From the human T2T-CHM13v2.0 reference genome, Homo sapiens, in the NCBI RefSeq assembly GCF_009914755.1, contig NC_060948.1: 64,000 nt of DNA; one strand, written 5' to 3'. The notes under the pieces were generated by a model, which saw only the letters and a program-made list of their open reading frames with translations, was not told the DNA's origin and searched no databases. The stretch's first letter is position 1. Each line of letters begins with the position of its first letter. Position numbers and translations under genes: made by a program. Positions 1 through 18,838 of this stretch are shown in pieces.

Positions 1-410
1 ACAAAATAACCTCATGACTGACACCCTCCACGAATTTACAGGCTTCAACATTTTTGGTGTCATTGTCTTTCAACTGTCCCTTTTCATTTGTACCCCAGCC
101 AGAATGCTTCCCTTCTGTGGCTATGAGAGGGCTGTAGGCCACACATAAGCCCCAAATCACTTACCTCTGATGAAGATTATGGTAAGCACTTTGTTGTTTA
201 TGGGCTTCTTTTCCACCTATCAATTCCCAGTTGGTTGCCCCCAAAATGAAGGCTGCCATTTCCACGTAGACCCTTCAAGTTTGTCATACTTCTTTGTGTG
301 CTCAGCTTTGTAGTGACCACAGCTGTGCCACCTGCTTTGCTGGCTGCTGGGTCTGCTGGGAAGGGTGATTTCTCTGCAATGGCCACGTCAAGCTTCAGAA
401 CATCTTTATT
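1..410 (-). pseudogene. RCC2P: RCC2 (TD-60) retro-pseudogene, part 3' of the L1 insertion; continues beyond the window start
   Basis: Minus-strand translation with frameshifts gives PAASKAGGTAVVTTK..KLEGS..GATNWELIGGKEAHKQQSAYHNL and IATEGKHSGWGTNEKGQLKDNDTKNVEACKFVEGVSHEVIL. These match recalled RCC2 PATAGKAGGAAVVITEP..KLEGS..GATNWDLIGRKEVPKQQAAYRNL and ITTEGKLWSWGRNEKGQLGHGDTKRVEAPRLIEGLSHEVIV. No introns; stops and frameshifts present. Paralog number not determinable. Confidence 0.88.
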
Positions 411-6545
<6,135 letters not shown>

Positions 6546-6690
6546 TCAGAACATCTTTATTCTTAAGCTGCTTCTGCCACTACTGCTGCCGCAACACTTC
6601 AGCCACTTGTACTTCTTGCCTGCCTAGCTGAAGAGTTTCTGGGCACACAGCTGTCTATGCCATTGCCTGAGCTTGGCTCTGGGGTCTCCA
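6546..6690 (-). pseudogene. RCC2P: RCC2 retro-pseudogene, 5' part (N-terminal codons)
   Basis: Minus strand reads EPSSGNGID..AGKKYKWLKCCGSSSGRSS..NKDVLKLD, continuing across the TSD, versus recalled RCC2 EPSSGNGTA..AGRKRERPERCSSSSGGGSSGDEDGLELD. Confidence 0.82.
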
Positions 6691-6914
6691 CTTGGATTCT
6701 GCTGGGCTGGTCTTGAGTCTGAGCACAGCAAATAGGTGCATTGAGATGCCTTCAAAACCCATGAGGCAGTGAGTAAAATTCAGGCTTGCCCCATGCAGTC
6801 CTTCTAAATGGGGACCTCCATGAGTTTTATACTGTGAAGCCTCAGTCAGTCACCTTTTTTACTGTGGCAGGTGACATAGTTGAGGCAGGTTTTCTTTCGG
6901 AGGCAAGTACTTAA

Positions 6915-7505
6915 TCCATTTTAAATTGTTGATAGCTGAATATCATTCTATTATACAGATAAAAAAATTTAAATTTTTGCTTGTTGATGAGTATTTGAGT
7001 TGTGTACAATTTGAGTTGGTACAAATAAGTGCTGGTATGAGCTTTTACCTGAGTCTTTATATTTTCACACATTTTAATTTTTTCTGAGTAAATGGGAGTG
7101 GAATTGCTGTGTCATATGATAATTCTACATATGACACTGAAAAACTGCAAAATTGTTCTTCAAAGTGGCTATATTAGTTTACATTTCTATAGACAATGTG
7201 TGAGGTTTATATTCTCTCCCTTCTTACCATCATTTCTTATTGTCTGTTGTTGGATTACAGCCATTCTAGTGAGTGTGAAGATATACCATATTGTGATGTT
7301 GGTATGAATGTGAATGACTAACAATAATATCCATATTTGAATAGTATGTTTTTCTTGGAGACATGTCATTGAAATTTATTTTGTATTTTAAACAGTTTGC
7401 TTTTTATTAATTATGACTAAGAAATATTTTTGGTTGAGTAGATCTCCATGATCACATATATAATTTGCAAATGTTTTGCCCCTTTCGGTAATTTTTCTTT
7501 TTATT
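6915..7505 (-). mobile_element. Old L1M 3'-region fragment
   Basis: Degenerate L1 3' motifs such as gagtggaattgctgtgtcatatg, caaagtggct and ccattctagtgagtgtgaag. Confidence 0.7.
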
Positions 7506-7519
7506 TTAAACAAAAAGAT

Positions 7520-7922
7520 GCAATGGGATAACAGTCAGCATGTATATAAAAACAGAACTCTTAAGACAACCTGCAGCCATAAGTCTCAGACAATCAAGTG
7601 TTGATTGTTAACTGACAGTGTGCCAATTTTTGCATCTGTCTTTAACATATAACCAAACTGAGAAAACCAAACCTGCACACTTAGCAAGAAAGTTGGCAAT
7701 TTGACCTCTAATTAGCTCTCCTGCAACTTCTGTATGTAAACAGTCTTCAGTCAGGGCAAATCTGAAATCTTGCCTCTTTTTCTAGTAAAAAAACTTTCTC
7801 AACCCACTGTCTGCCTTTAAGTTTATACCAAACACAAGTGATGGTGGCTAATTCTTTTACTTGGGCAACTTTGGAATACGTATTTTCTTATTTTTATTTA
7901 GGTGGTGTCAATTTATTTTCAA
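7520..7922 (+). mobile_element. Degenerate ERV1-type solo LTR (MER31/MER67-like)
   Basis: 3' end ccaaacacaagtgatggtggctaattc...gcaactttggaata...ttaggtggtgtcaatttattttcaa resembles recalled MER31/67-class LTR ends. Boundaries approximate. Confidence 0.4.
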
Positions 7923-8099
7923 TGTTATGATTAAGGTCCTGCTAATGTATCTGCTGCACTGCCTTTCACTTTAGCCCCAACTCCACCCCCACCAAGGCAT
8001 CTTGTGTCTTCTGCTCATGGTTGAAAAATCAGCACTGAGGTGATAAATGAGCACTGGATCTGAAGTCAGCTTTGTTTTCACTGAATTTCTAAGTGCCTC

Positions 8100-8352
8100 A
8101 CTCCCTTGCCCTGGCTGGAGTACAATGGCATGATCTTAGCTCACTGTAACCTTCACCCCCTGGTTCAAGTGACCTTCTTGCCTCAGCCCCCTGAGTAGCT
8201 GGGACTACAGGTGCAGGCAAACATACCCAGCTAATTTTTGTATTTTTTGTGGAAATGGGGTTTCATCATGTTGACCAGGTTAGTCCTGAACTCCTGGCCT
8301 CCAGCAGTCCACCCACTTTGGACTCCCAAAGTGTTAGGAACCCTGCACCCAG
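8100..8352 (-). mobile_element. Alu (old, AluJ/S-like), tail missing
   Basis: ggctggagtacaatgg...gtagctgggactacagg...cccaaagtgttagga. Confidence 0.9.
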
Positions 8353-9029
8353 TAGGATAGCTGGCTGTTATTGATTCCTAATTTTTTTTGACATTCCTGA
8401 TGAAATCAAGTTATCCTAGATAACTATTATGCTACTTTTATGTAACTACTTTATTTTGTGTCATAAAAAATATTGTTATAAGAAGGAGAATAAGAGGACA
8501 GAACATACTCATATTCATTATAAGACTGTTGTTCTGGGTAGCCTCACACAGGAGTTTGTAATTTCATTGTTCTCATACGATTTGGACATATTTTTCTATG
8601 GGTCACCAATAAAATTGTATTAGGTTTGCAATTCTCCTTCTTTCTTAATTGTAGGCATTCCTTTACATGATGACTGAGTGTACTGGACACACTTTTACCT
8701 TAACTCAAAAAATGTTTAAGTGGCAACATTAAAATTTGTACTGCTTTATAAGTAAAACTCCAGGAATATCATGTTTAAAAATTGACTTCTTTAGAGCATG
8801 TGTTAGCAAATTTTCTATAACAAGAGAAGTTGGAATTCTTCCTCAGTTCTTGGACACAAAAGCTTATATGTATTACGTATAAATAAGTACTTAAACTACA
8901 TGTAATATTTTAGTTAGATTATATTTGTATCTGTAAGAGTGTTAGTTTAAAACGTAACTGTTTTTGAAGTATCTGGGGATGTGTGATGATAATTCTTCCT
9001 GTTGTTGTGAAAGACCCATGGAAGGGATG

Positions 9030-9970
9030 AGGGGAATAATCCAACATAATTTTAAGATGTAGGATATTTTTGTGAATAAAGATGATGGTTGCTGAACATT
9101 GTGATTGTGCTTTATGCCACTGAACTGCACAGTTAAGACTTGTTAAAATAGTAACATATAGTTAAATAAATAAATATAGATAGATATAGATATTTGGGCA
9201 ACCATTATCTTCATTCATACAGATTATATACTTTAAAATTATAAAATTATATATCTCAATTGTGTCTAAATATATATTAGACACTTAAAAATTAAGAACA
9301 AAAACCAAAAGTTTTGAGCATGTAAAGAAATGGAAAACCTTGTGCACTGTGGACAAACCTGTAAAATGGTACAGGTTTTGGAAAACAGTACAGTACTTTG
9401 TTAAAAATAAACTAAAAGGTAAAATTTTCTTATTCTTTAGCAATGCCACATATAAAGGCAAACTCTCAATATTTCAAAGTATTGTGTGAAAGTTATTAAT
9501 TTATTCATGTTGATAACAGCATTATTTATATTACCTAAAGACAGAAGTAACTCAAATATCCATTGATACATAAATGGATTTAAAATGTTAACAATAAAAA
9601 TAATGGACTATAATTTATCCTTAAAAAGAAAGAAAATTCTGGCAATGCTTCAGCATAGATGAACCTTAAGGACATTATGTCAAGTAAAAAAAAAACAGTC
9701 ACAAACAGTAAAATATTCTCTGATTCAACTTATATTCAAATGCATGGAGACAGAAAGCAGATGGTGGTTACAAAGAGCTGGGGTAAAAAGAAATGAGAAA
9801 TTCCTAATTAATTGGTACAGGGTTTCACTTTTGCATGATGAAAAAATTCCTGTAAATAGATGATGCTGAGAGTTTTACAATTTAAATATACTAAAGCCAG
9901 TGAAAGACACACTTAGAAATGAAAAAATGATAAGTTTGACACTATTTGCATTGTACCACAATTTAAAAAA
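9030..9970 (+). mobile_element. Old L1MA/MB 3'-end fragments
   Basis: gatgaaccttaaggacattatgtcaagt, ggagacagaaagcagatggtggtt, ccactgaactgcacagtt: L1M 3'UTR motifs. Confidence 0.7.
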
Positions 9971-11119
9971 GTAAAGTTACTCATAGGTACAATAATAAAA
10001 TAGACCAATAATAAAGGCCTAAAAATATATGAGAAAATTTATTATGTTGAAAGTATCAGTTCAGTTAATAAATTATGCTTTAAATCATATATAACTGATG
10101 AACTAGTCACTTATACTAACAAAAATGACCATTTAAAAACACCACATTAAAGCACAAGATTTCATGTGAATAATTGGAAAGACCTCTAAAATATAAAATA
10201 AAACCTTTGAAAAATAATGTATAAGAATATTTTATTTTAATGTGTTAATTTTTTAGAAATATAAACAAAGTAAAAATCAAAGACTAGATAAGAATTATAA
10301 TTAGTTGTGTAAGAGTAATCATTTTAAGGGAAACTCTAGTATGTTAACAAAAATGTCAACTTATTTAAAATGTGTAAATACTGATAATCTGATAAATATG
10401 ATTAGATATGTAATTAGAAGTTATTTAGATAAACTTATGTAATGAATAGGCAGTGTAAATTTTATATTTTTTGAAGGTGTTAAACAGAATTTCATAACTC
10501 ATAAAAAAAAGGAGAATCAAGTTCCCAAAGATATCTGAAGCCCACATCATTAATCACATCTTTCTCAAAAATTGCCAAAACCCCAGTCCCCTAGTTGAAA
10601 TTGTAATATTTTACAGGGAGAGTATCCTAAGAAAGCTCATTTATGAGTAAAGGCCTGAGTCCAGAAAAATGAGGCTTGTCTTACAGGTCCAGATCTAACT
10701 CTATGCCCCTAAATGTTCAATGTCACTACCACAAATTTACACTCATATCTCCCATGTAACTTCCACAGTTACACATGGAATTATTGTCAAACATCCCCAA
10801 AAGCACCAATACATTATCTTAATAGTTTGTTTAAATATATTGGCATGAACCTGGTCATGAATGTCTCAGATTTTAGATTCCAGCTGGGGACAAAAATGTA
10901 CACCCAGAGTGAGAAACCGATGACTGTGAACCAAGTACAGTACTCAAAATCCAAGACAGACAAATAAAAATAAAACAGCTTTTATATATTTATTGGTACT
11001 TTCACATCTGTGTGACCTAGACAAGAATCCACTTAAAACAATGCATTGCCACCTGTGTATTTTTCTACATGTCCCTATAGGCCAACCATAAATGTGTAAA
11101 ATAAATATCCATTCAGTCA

Positions 11120-11280
11120 TTGTTCTGCAAGTAGTTTGCCTGGACAAAAGACATTAGAAATAACTGAGAACTTGTAAGGAAGGAACATTCTTTGACCACA
11201 GGCCAGACCAACGAATTAGTAGCATGCAGCCCAGAAATCTGTGAGGTTACAAGGCCTCTAGATGGTTCAGATGCATGCTG
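11120..11280. mobile_element. Possible MER5-like DNA transposon relic
   Basis: ccagaccaacgaattagtagc...gcagcccagaaatctgtg...ctctagatggttcagatgcatgc resembles the MER5A core. Confidence 0.4.
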
Positions 11281-13479
11281 TGTTAATCAGCCTCTGTATA
11301 ACCTAAGTAACAGCATACCCCTGAGTTAGCAGATAGATATAGCATACCTGAAATACACCATAAGATTATAATAATGTTAGAATTGTGACTCAAAACTCAA
11401 TAAATGTATTTATAAATAAAATAAATATGACTGAAAATATAGCCTTATTCTTTTTAATCTTTCCAATTTCATTTTTCTCCCATTCTTCCAGGGATCACCT
11501 ACTCAATAAATCACTTACACTCATATCAGGTCTCATGATAATCCAATTTAAAAGAATTTTTAATTTATTTGACATTTTATTAAGTTCTATATAAAACAGG
11601 TGGCAAAAATAATAGATATTATATTTGATAATTGAACTAATATTCTCATTATTATACTATTTTAAGAATTTATACTATGAAAGCATAAATAATAATCTAA
11701 TACTTAACTCTTCAAGTGCACCTCAGAAGTTTAAGTACTCCATTTACACACAATTACATTGTGCATCTTGGAAGAGTATATTCTTAATTTGAGATTTTTT
11801 ATCCTAACACACTGAGTACATGAGGTTGTAAGATTTTTGTCACCCTTGTGAAACAGCACAGGTAACAGCTCTTCTCAATCGTGTTCTCACGCCTTCCTGT
11901 GCTGCAGAAAGTTGCTGCTGCATGGGGTAAGCCTAAAAAAGAGTCTGTTCAATGAAACTTAGAAGTACCTAGGAATGATGGCCTTCTCTGAATTAAGAAA
12001 CAATGGCTTCCAATCTAATTTTCTGTGATCTATCAGCTGCATATTTTCTCCCTTTTGCTGTCTGAAATGTGGTTTGAGAAAATGGAAACAAACTGGTATT
12101 CTATAAGGTCACTGTGCAATCTTATTAGTAATGGGCTGCTCCCTATTGACCATGTCCATAAGACAAAATATACATATTATTTGCTGATGTTATATAACAA
12201 GTCTTTTTTTGTATGAGATGAACACAAACTATTAGTTACAAAATTCAATCCCTTATTATATTTTAATCTTTATTATAATCATTATAATATCCCAGTAGTT
12301 ACAAAAAGGATAAATGAATAAACATATGAAATAAACACTTCATAAAATATAAAAAAACCATAAAATCAATACTCTCCAAATTATTTGGGGTTCAATACTA
12401 CTATAAATACGGAATGCTAAAAATAGCATTAGAGACTGTATTACCCAACAGTACATTATTATCATTTGCTACCTAGAAACTTGAGCAAGGTGAAACACAT
12501 TAATATTTTTGGCGTGGTAAAAAACACAACAAAAAAAAGTATTTATTAAAATAAATTGAATTTAAACATAGACTAAATAAAGCATTTAAAAATACACTGT
12601 ATTCTGAATTTGAGATGTATTCTCAATAGACAAAATACAGACTGCAAGCACTCACAAAACATTCTTGTTATTCTGATACAATGATGTATGTGAAAAATGA
12701 GCTTTCTTCTTTTTTAAACTAAGTATTTGTATAATTGAATTATGATAATCTATAATGTGTCCTATTAGAGAGCAGTTATTTGCACTTTTCTCTGATTGTG
12801 AAAATTTCTTCCTTGCCACCACAATTCATACACAGGACTTTTTACTGTTTCTAGTGTGAAGATACATCATAGTATTAATGGACTGATTATGCTTTTCTCC
12901 TTAATGGGCAGTTGATAAAATTATTTCTAAAACTCAGATTTTTCCACCTCTTAATTTAAGATAACTTATGCATGCCTTACAACACTATTGTAAGTCAAAC
13001 AAAAAAAACACCTTGATTTAAATTATTTTATCTTACATGTAAGTGCCTTGAATCTTTTCTGGGAGAGCTGATGTGAATAATGTATACCTAACATAGAGTG
13101 GCCTCACATAGGTTAGAGGTGGCAATGATCAACCACATGCTTTTACATAAAGAGCAGTAATTTTAAAATAGCATCAAGTAATTTTAAATTAATTATATTA
13201 GTACTATTTTCTCAACTGATCTCAAATGATTTTGTTATAAAAATATGTTGAATATAATTATACTCAATGATTTATTAATGTCTTCACTTTTCTGAAACAC
13301 ATTATGTAATTGTTTTGAGTTTAGATTATCCTCTATAATAAACACAATTTAGAGTAATGTCTAACTGAAAATATTAGTACTTTAGTTCATTCTAGGATGA
13401 TTCCTGTGATTTTTACTTTTATCTTATTTTTCATTAAATACTTCCTCACATTTATTTTAGCTACAAAGCTTTTTCTAAG

Positions 13480-14235
13480 CATAAACTCTTTAGTGCTTCT
13501 AATTTATATATTTTGGACAAAGCTTATTTCATATTTGTTATATTTTTAGGCATTCTTTGTTATGAAAATTCTCTGTAAAGTTGGATTAACATAACAGCTA
13601 AAGACTTTGCTAACTGCTTTACGTTTGTAAAAATAATATCCAGTATAAGGAATGTGGTGTTTTCTAAGGTAAATATTTTAAACAAAGATTCCCCCCACAC
13701 ACTCATATATATTATGAATATATGGGATTTCTATCCAGTATTGATTCTCTAATGCTGAGAAAGGTGTAAGCACCAGTTGAGAGTGTTGTTAAATTCTTTA
13801 CACTTGCTGTGTTCTATTTGATATGTATTCTTTGATATTGGATAAGGGTTGAGCATTTTTTGAAAACTTCTCACATTCTTTACATTTGAAATATTTCTCA
13901 CCGGTATGAATTATCTCATGTAAAGTGTGCATACCTTTTAAAGGTTTTGTCACATTCTTTAAAGATTCTTCTCCAGCATGTATTCTCTGATGCTGAGTAA
14001 ATTTTAATTCTCAGTTAAAAGCTTTCCCACATTATTTACATTGGAAAAGTTTCTCTGCAAAATAGGCACTCTAATGTTGAGAAAGTTGTAAGCCTCAGTT
14101 AAATATTTGCCAAATTTTTCACATTTGAAAGTTTTTTTTTTCCAGGAGAGAGTATTTGATGTTGAGTAATATATAAGCCCCTGTTGGAGACTTTGCCACA
14201 CTTATTACATTTGAAAGGTTTCTCTCCAGCATGGA
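13480..14235 (-). pseudogene. Degenerate C2H2 zinc-finger array (3' part of last exon)
   Basis: HAGEKPFKCNKCGKVSNRGLYITQHQ; repeated catgctggagag/cataccggtgagaaa linkers and aaatgtaaagaatgtg motifs at roughly finger-length (~84 nt) spacing. About 6 recognisable fingers plus ~3 very decayed ones; many stops and frameshifts. Confidence 0.92.
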
Positions 14236-14333
14236 TATATGCATGTGTGTGTGTGTGTATATGTGTGTATATGTATATATGCATATGTGTATATATATGT
14301 GTGTGTGTGTATATATATATATGTATATATACA
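14236..14333. repeat. (TG)n/(TA)n compound microsatellite
   Basis: Direct sequence: atatgcatgtgtgtgtgtgtgtatatgtgtgtat... Confidence 0.95.
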
Positions 14334-14412
14334 TAAAACTTTAGATTACAACAAAAAATGTTGGAACTAATAAATTCAGTAAACTATCAAGATACAAAAT
14401 TAACATACAATT

Positions 14413-14721
14413 GTTTGTTTTTGAGACATGGTCACACTCTGTTGCCCAGGATGGAGTACAGTGATAAAATCCACACGCATTGCAGTCTTAACCTTCCAGG
14501 CTCAAGTGGTCCTTTAACCTCAGCCTACCAAGTAGCTAGGACTACAGGTTTGTTCCACGAAGCTCAGCTAACTGTTGTTGTTTTATAGAGATAGTGTCTT
14601 GCTATTTTTGAATTCTTGGGACTTCAAGCAATCTGCTTTTGAACTCTTAGGACTTCAAGCAATCCACCTTCCTCAGCTCCCAAAGTGCAGGGACTGCAGG
14701 GGCAAACCAGTATGCCCAGCC
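14413..14721 (-). mobile_element. AluJ-like element with internal 31-bp tandem duplication
   Basis: Alu antisense; ttttgaa(t/c)tctt(g/a)ggacttcaagcaatc repeated at 14606 and 14637. Confidence 0.9.
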
Positions 14722-14901
14722 TGACATACAAATATTAGTTACATTTTCATACATTAACAACAGACTTTCCAAAAATACATATTTCTATTTAAAATACTAC
14801 AGAAATAAGAAATTTCTTCTGAATAGATTTAACCAAGGAAATGACAAATTTATACATTTAATGCAGTAATATATTGATGACAGAAATTAAAGTAGACAAA
14901 A

Positions 14902-15216
14902 GGCTGGGTGTGATGGCTCCTGCCTGTAATCCCAGCACTTTGGGAGGCCAAGGCGGGCAGATCACGAGGTCAGGAGATCAAGACCATCCTGGCTAACACG
15001 GTGAAACCCCGTATCTACTAAAAATACAAAAAAAAAAAAAAAAAAAAATTAGCCAGGCGTGGTGGTGGGCACCTGTAGTCCCAGTTACTCGGGAGGCTGA
15101 GGCAGGAGAATGTAGTCAACCCAGAAGACATAGCTTGCAGCAAGCCAAGATCGCGCCACCACACTCCAGCCTGGGCAACAGAGTGAGACTCTGTCTCAAA
15201 AAAAAAAAAAAAAAAA
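14902..15216 (+). mobile_element. AluY-like
   Basis: ggctgggtgtgatggctc...gagatcaagaccatcctggctaacacggtgaaaccccg; poly(A); TSD agacaaaa. Confidence 0.95.
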
Positions 15217-15575
15217 GACAAAAATCAATGAAAAAATATTGCATATTTACAGATTAGAAAGATTAATATTCTCAAAGTAACATTTTATCACAGTGATCCA
15301 TAGACTCAGTGTGATTCCTATCAATTTCAGTCCATTTTTTACAGTAACAAAAAAATTAACATTTTAGTGTAAACTTAACTCCAAATAACCTAAGTAATCT
15401 TGAGAAAAAACAAAGCCAGGGCATAATACTGCCTGATTTTTTAATCTATTTAATGTTTATGGTAATGAAAATGGTATGAAATAAGCATAAAATGGGAAAA
15501 AATAATGGAACAGAATAGGGAGCCAATACATAAATTCATGGTACAAGTTCAACTATTCTAGAAAAAGGGAACCAA

Positions 15576-15852
15576 GGCCTGGCCCGGTGGCTCAAGTTTG
15601 TAATCCCAGGACTTTGGGAGGCTGAGGCGGGTGAATCACAGGGTCAGGAGTTGGAGACCAGCCTGGCCAAGATCCTGAAACCCCCTCTCTGCTAAAAATA
15701 CAAAAAGTTAGCCAGGCGCAGTGGCGGGCGCCTGTAATCCCAGCTACTCGGGAGGCGGAGGCAGGAGAATCACTTGAGCCCAGCAGGCTGAGGCTGCAGT
15801 AAGCCGAGATCCACTGCACTCTAGCCTGGGCGACAGAGCAAGACTCCATCTC

Positions 15853-15881
<29 letters not shown>
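15576..15881 (+). mobile_element. AluS-like
   Basis: Full dimeric Alu with ~29-nt poly(A). Confidence 0.95.
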
Positions 15882-15883
<2 letters not shown>

Positions 15884-17178
15884 TGGAACAAAGATTATAC
15901 AATGCAGAAAGTGTTGTGCCAGGGAAACTGGACATTCATGAGTAAAATAATAAAACTGACCATTTTTTTATATTGTACCTCAAAATTAACATGAAAGTGT
16001 TAAATGTAAACTATAAAACCTTAAAGCTCCTGGAAGGTAACATAAAAAAAGACTTTCTTAATATTGGCAATAATTTTGATGTTACACCAAATGCACATTA
16101 AAAATAGAAAATATAAACATGTTGGACTGCATCAAATAAAAGTTTCTGCCATTATAAAGCTCCGCAAAATTTTAAAAACTCTAGAAGATGAGAAAATACT
16201 TGCAAATTATGTACCTAAAAGGTTAATATTCAAATGTATGAGCTTATTCAGTTTGAAACAAATAACGATAATAACAGCCTACTTAAAAAAATAAGCAAAA
16301 AGTTAAATGCATGTTTATCCAAAGAAGTCATGTGTACAAGGGAAATGCTGTCTGCTCTTGGTGAGTTGTAAATTGCTAAAGTCATCATAAAAACCAGTAA
16401 GCAGGTTGTCTTAAAAATATAACCAAAAGTACCATATAATTCAGCAATTCCGCTTCTGGCCCTACTACCAAATAAATGAGTGCTTGAAGAAATATCTTTA
16501 GCTCCATGTTCATTATGGCATTATTTACAATAACCCAAATATGGTATATATTCACAGTGCAATACTATTCAGCCATAAAGGAAAAGTAAATCTAGCTATT
16601 TACAACAACATGGATGAGTCTGGAGAAGGTTTTGCTTAGTAAAAACAATTAAAGGATATATATGTATACACATACATACACATATATATATACACACACA
16701 CAAACACACAGTAAACATGTACATATATCACAGTATAAGTATATTCATACTTAAGAAATGATATTGTAAGTCCTATATATGTTCTAATGGGACTACGTTC
16801 CTAGTAAACTTTCTATTATTACAAAAAAAATTACAAAATCATTATTAAGAAATGAGATAATTAATATTTAGTATCTTCTCAGCAATGTTGTAAGCTTTGC
16901 AATTATTAGCCCATTTAAGAAATCTAGAAGTTGAGTGATCCATTAAATTACATTATAATTGGAAAATTTACACATAGAGAGTTTAAGTTACAAACCTAAT
17001 AAAAGACAATAACATTTTGAAGTTAAATAACATTCAATTTATTTATACCTAGGAAGATGCTATTCTAATAAAATTACTGAGTATTAATTTTATAGAAGCA
17101 CATCTGCAACCTCTGTTCAAGTAAAAATCATAAAGCAAATAACATAGAGCATCTCTTCCTGGTGTTTCTAAAATTTCT

Positions 17179-17184
17179 TCTTCT

Positions 17185-17218
<34 letters not shown>

Positions 17219-17492
17219 AGAGGGAGTTTTGCTCTTGTTGCCCAGGCTGGAGTGCAGTGGCACAGTCTTGCCTCAATGCAGCCTCCGCCTCCTGGGTTCA
17301 AGCGATTTTGCTACATCAGGTAGCTGGGATTATAGGTGCCAGCCACCACACCTGGCTAACTTTTTGCAGTTTTGGCAGAGATGAGGTTTCATCATGTTGG
17401 TCAGGCTGGTCTCCAACCCCTGACCTCAGGTGATCCACCCACGTTGGCTTCCCAAAGTGCTGAGATTACTGGCATAAGCCACTGCACCCATA
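17179..17492 (-). mobile_element. AluS-like
   Basis: Poly(T) then antisense Alu; TSD tgtttct(a/g)aaatttct at 17163 and 17494. Confidence 0.95.
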
Positions 17493-17751
17493 CTGTTTCT
17501 GAAATTTCTAAACCATTTATCAACATCTGTACTATTCACTTCACACATTTCAGACACCAAACAAAAAGGAATATGAAAAACATAGTTTAATATAGTTTCT
17601 TAAAAAAAAGACACACAAATATTCTCATGTCCTCAAAAATCATGGAAGAGCACTCCAGTTATGCAGATTTATGCAGATTTATCAGTCTATGTGATAAAGT
17701 GGCCCAGACTGTAAACTTCAAAGAGTTCACTGAAATAAAAAGAGAATCACT

Positions 17752-17877
17752 GGCCGGGCATGGTGGCTGAAGCCTGTAATCTCAGCACTTTGGGAGACCG
17801 AGGTGGGCAGATCATGAGGTCAGGAGATTGAGATCAGCCTGGCTAACATGGTGAAATCCTGTCTCTACAAAAAATAC

Positions 17878-17911
<34 letters not shown>

Positions 17912-18066
17912 TGGTGTGGTGGTAGGTGCCTGTAATCCCAGCTACTTCAGCGTGAGGCAGGAGAACCATTCAAAGGAAGCAGAGGTTGCAGTGACCTGAG
18001 ATCACGCCACTACACTCCAGCCTAGGTGACAGAGCAAGACTCTCATCTCAAAAAAATAAAAATAAA
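17752..18066 (+). mobile_element. AluS-like with expanded middle A-tract
   Basis: ggccgggcatggtggc...; TSD aaaaagagaat on both sides. Confidence 0.95.
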
Positions 18067-18271
18067 AAAAGAGAATTATTTAAAAATTCAAGAACATAGG
18101 ACAGGAAATGTCTCTATTTTTGAATATAGGAAAAAAAATTGAGGTTTCTTAGAAATTATTTTCATTGCAGCAGAGATTCCTAAACTACATGTTAAGACCT
18201 GAATTTCTGCTTGAACTTTTGTCCTCTTGCTTGTGTTGTCTATTAATACTACTTCTTTCACTCTCATCTTC

Positions 18272-18367
18272 CTGAGTGTTTGGCTACTATCTCACGTTTC
18301 TTCACATTTTAGGGACTTTTCCCTTACCCGAGACAGGTGATTAGGTCTGGGTTAGAAATAGTGGTAC
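18272..18367 (-). pseudogene. KRAB-B exon (96 bp), inactivated
   Basis: Acceptor aaaacag|g. Reads GTTISNPDLITCLG*GKSP*NVKKREIVAKHS versus family-type [32 protein letters not shown]. Donor GT mutated to GA (gaagatgagag). Confidence 0.92.
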
Positions 18368-18395
18368 CTGTTTTATTTTTAAAAAGATTAACATA

Positions 18396-18614
18396 TTCAA
18401 GAGATCGAGATCATCCTGGCTAACATGGTGAAACCCCGTATCTACTAAAAATACAAAAAAATTTGGCCAGGCATGGTAGCGGGTGCCTGTATTCCCAGCT
18501 ACTCTGGAGGCTGAGGCAGGAGAATGGCTTGAACCCAGGAGACAGACGGAGCTTGCAGTGAGCCGAGATTGTGCCACTGCACTCCAGCCTGGGTGACAGA
18601 GTGAGACTCCATCT

Positions 18615-18658
<44 letters not shown>
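18396..18658 (+). mobile_element. 5'-truncated Alu (AluY-like) with long pure poly(A)
   Basis: Starts at tcaagagatcgagatcatcctggc; ~45-nt A tail; TSD aaagattaacata on both sides. Confidence 0.93.
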
Positions 18659-18663
<5 letters not shown>

Positions 18664-18838
18664 TTAACATAGTGCTTGCTGCAGATTTTTCAATTAACAA
18701 CCTTGAAGTGTGCTTAGTAGAAAAGATACATTATATAAAATTTTAGATAATTAATCAAAAAATGGTTTTCTGACAGAATCTTTAAATATTTAAGAAATAT
18801 TCTAAATATATGAGTTATTAGTTTTATTAGCCTAGTAC

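Larger units (their letters stand above)
14335..16650 (+). mobile_element. Old L1M ORF2/3' fragment interrupted by three Alus
   Basis: ttggaactaataaattcagtaaact...gatacaaaattaac, tttaaccaaggaaatg, aatactattcagccataaa, acaacatggatgagtctgg. Confidence 0.75.

Noticed and set aside
10600-12200. Non-repetitive-looking stretch with a 84-aa ORF and possible splice donors
   Set aside because: No recognisable homology or consistent exon structure; partly old repeat relics.
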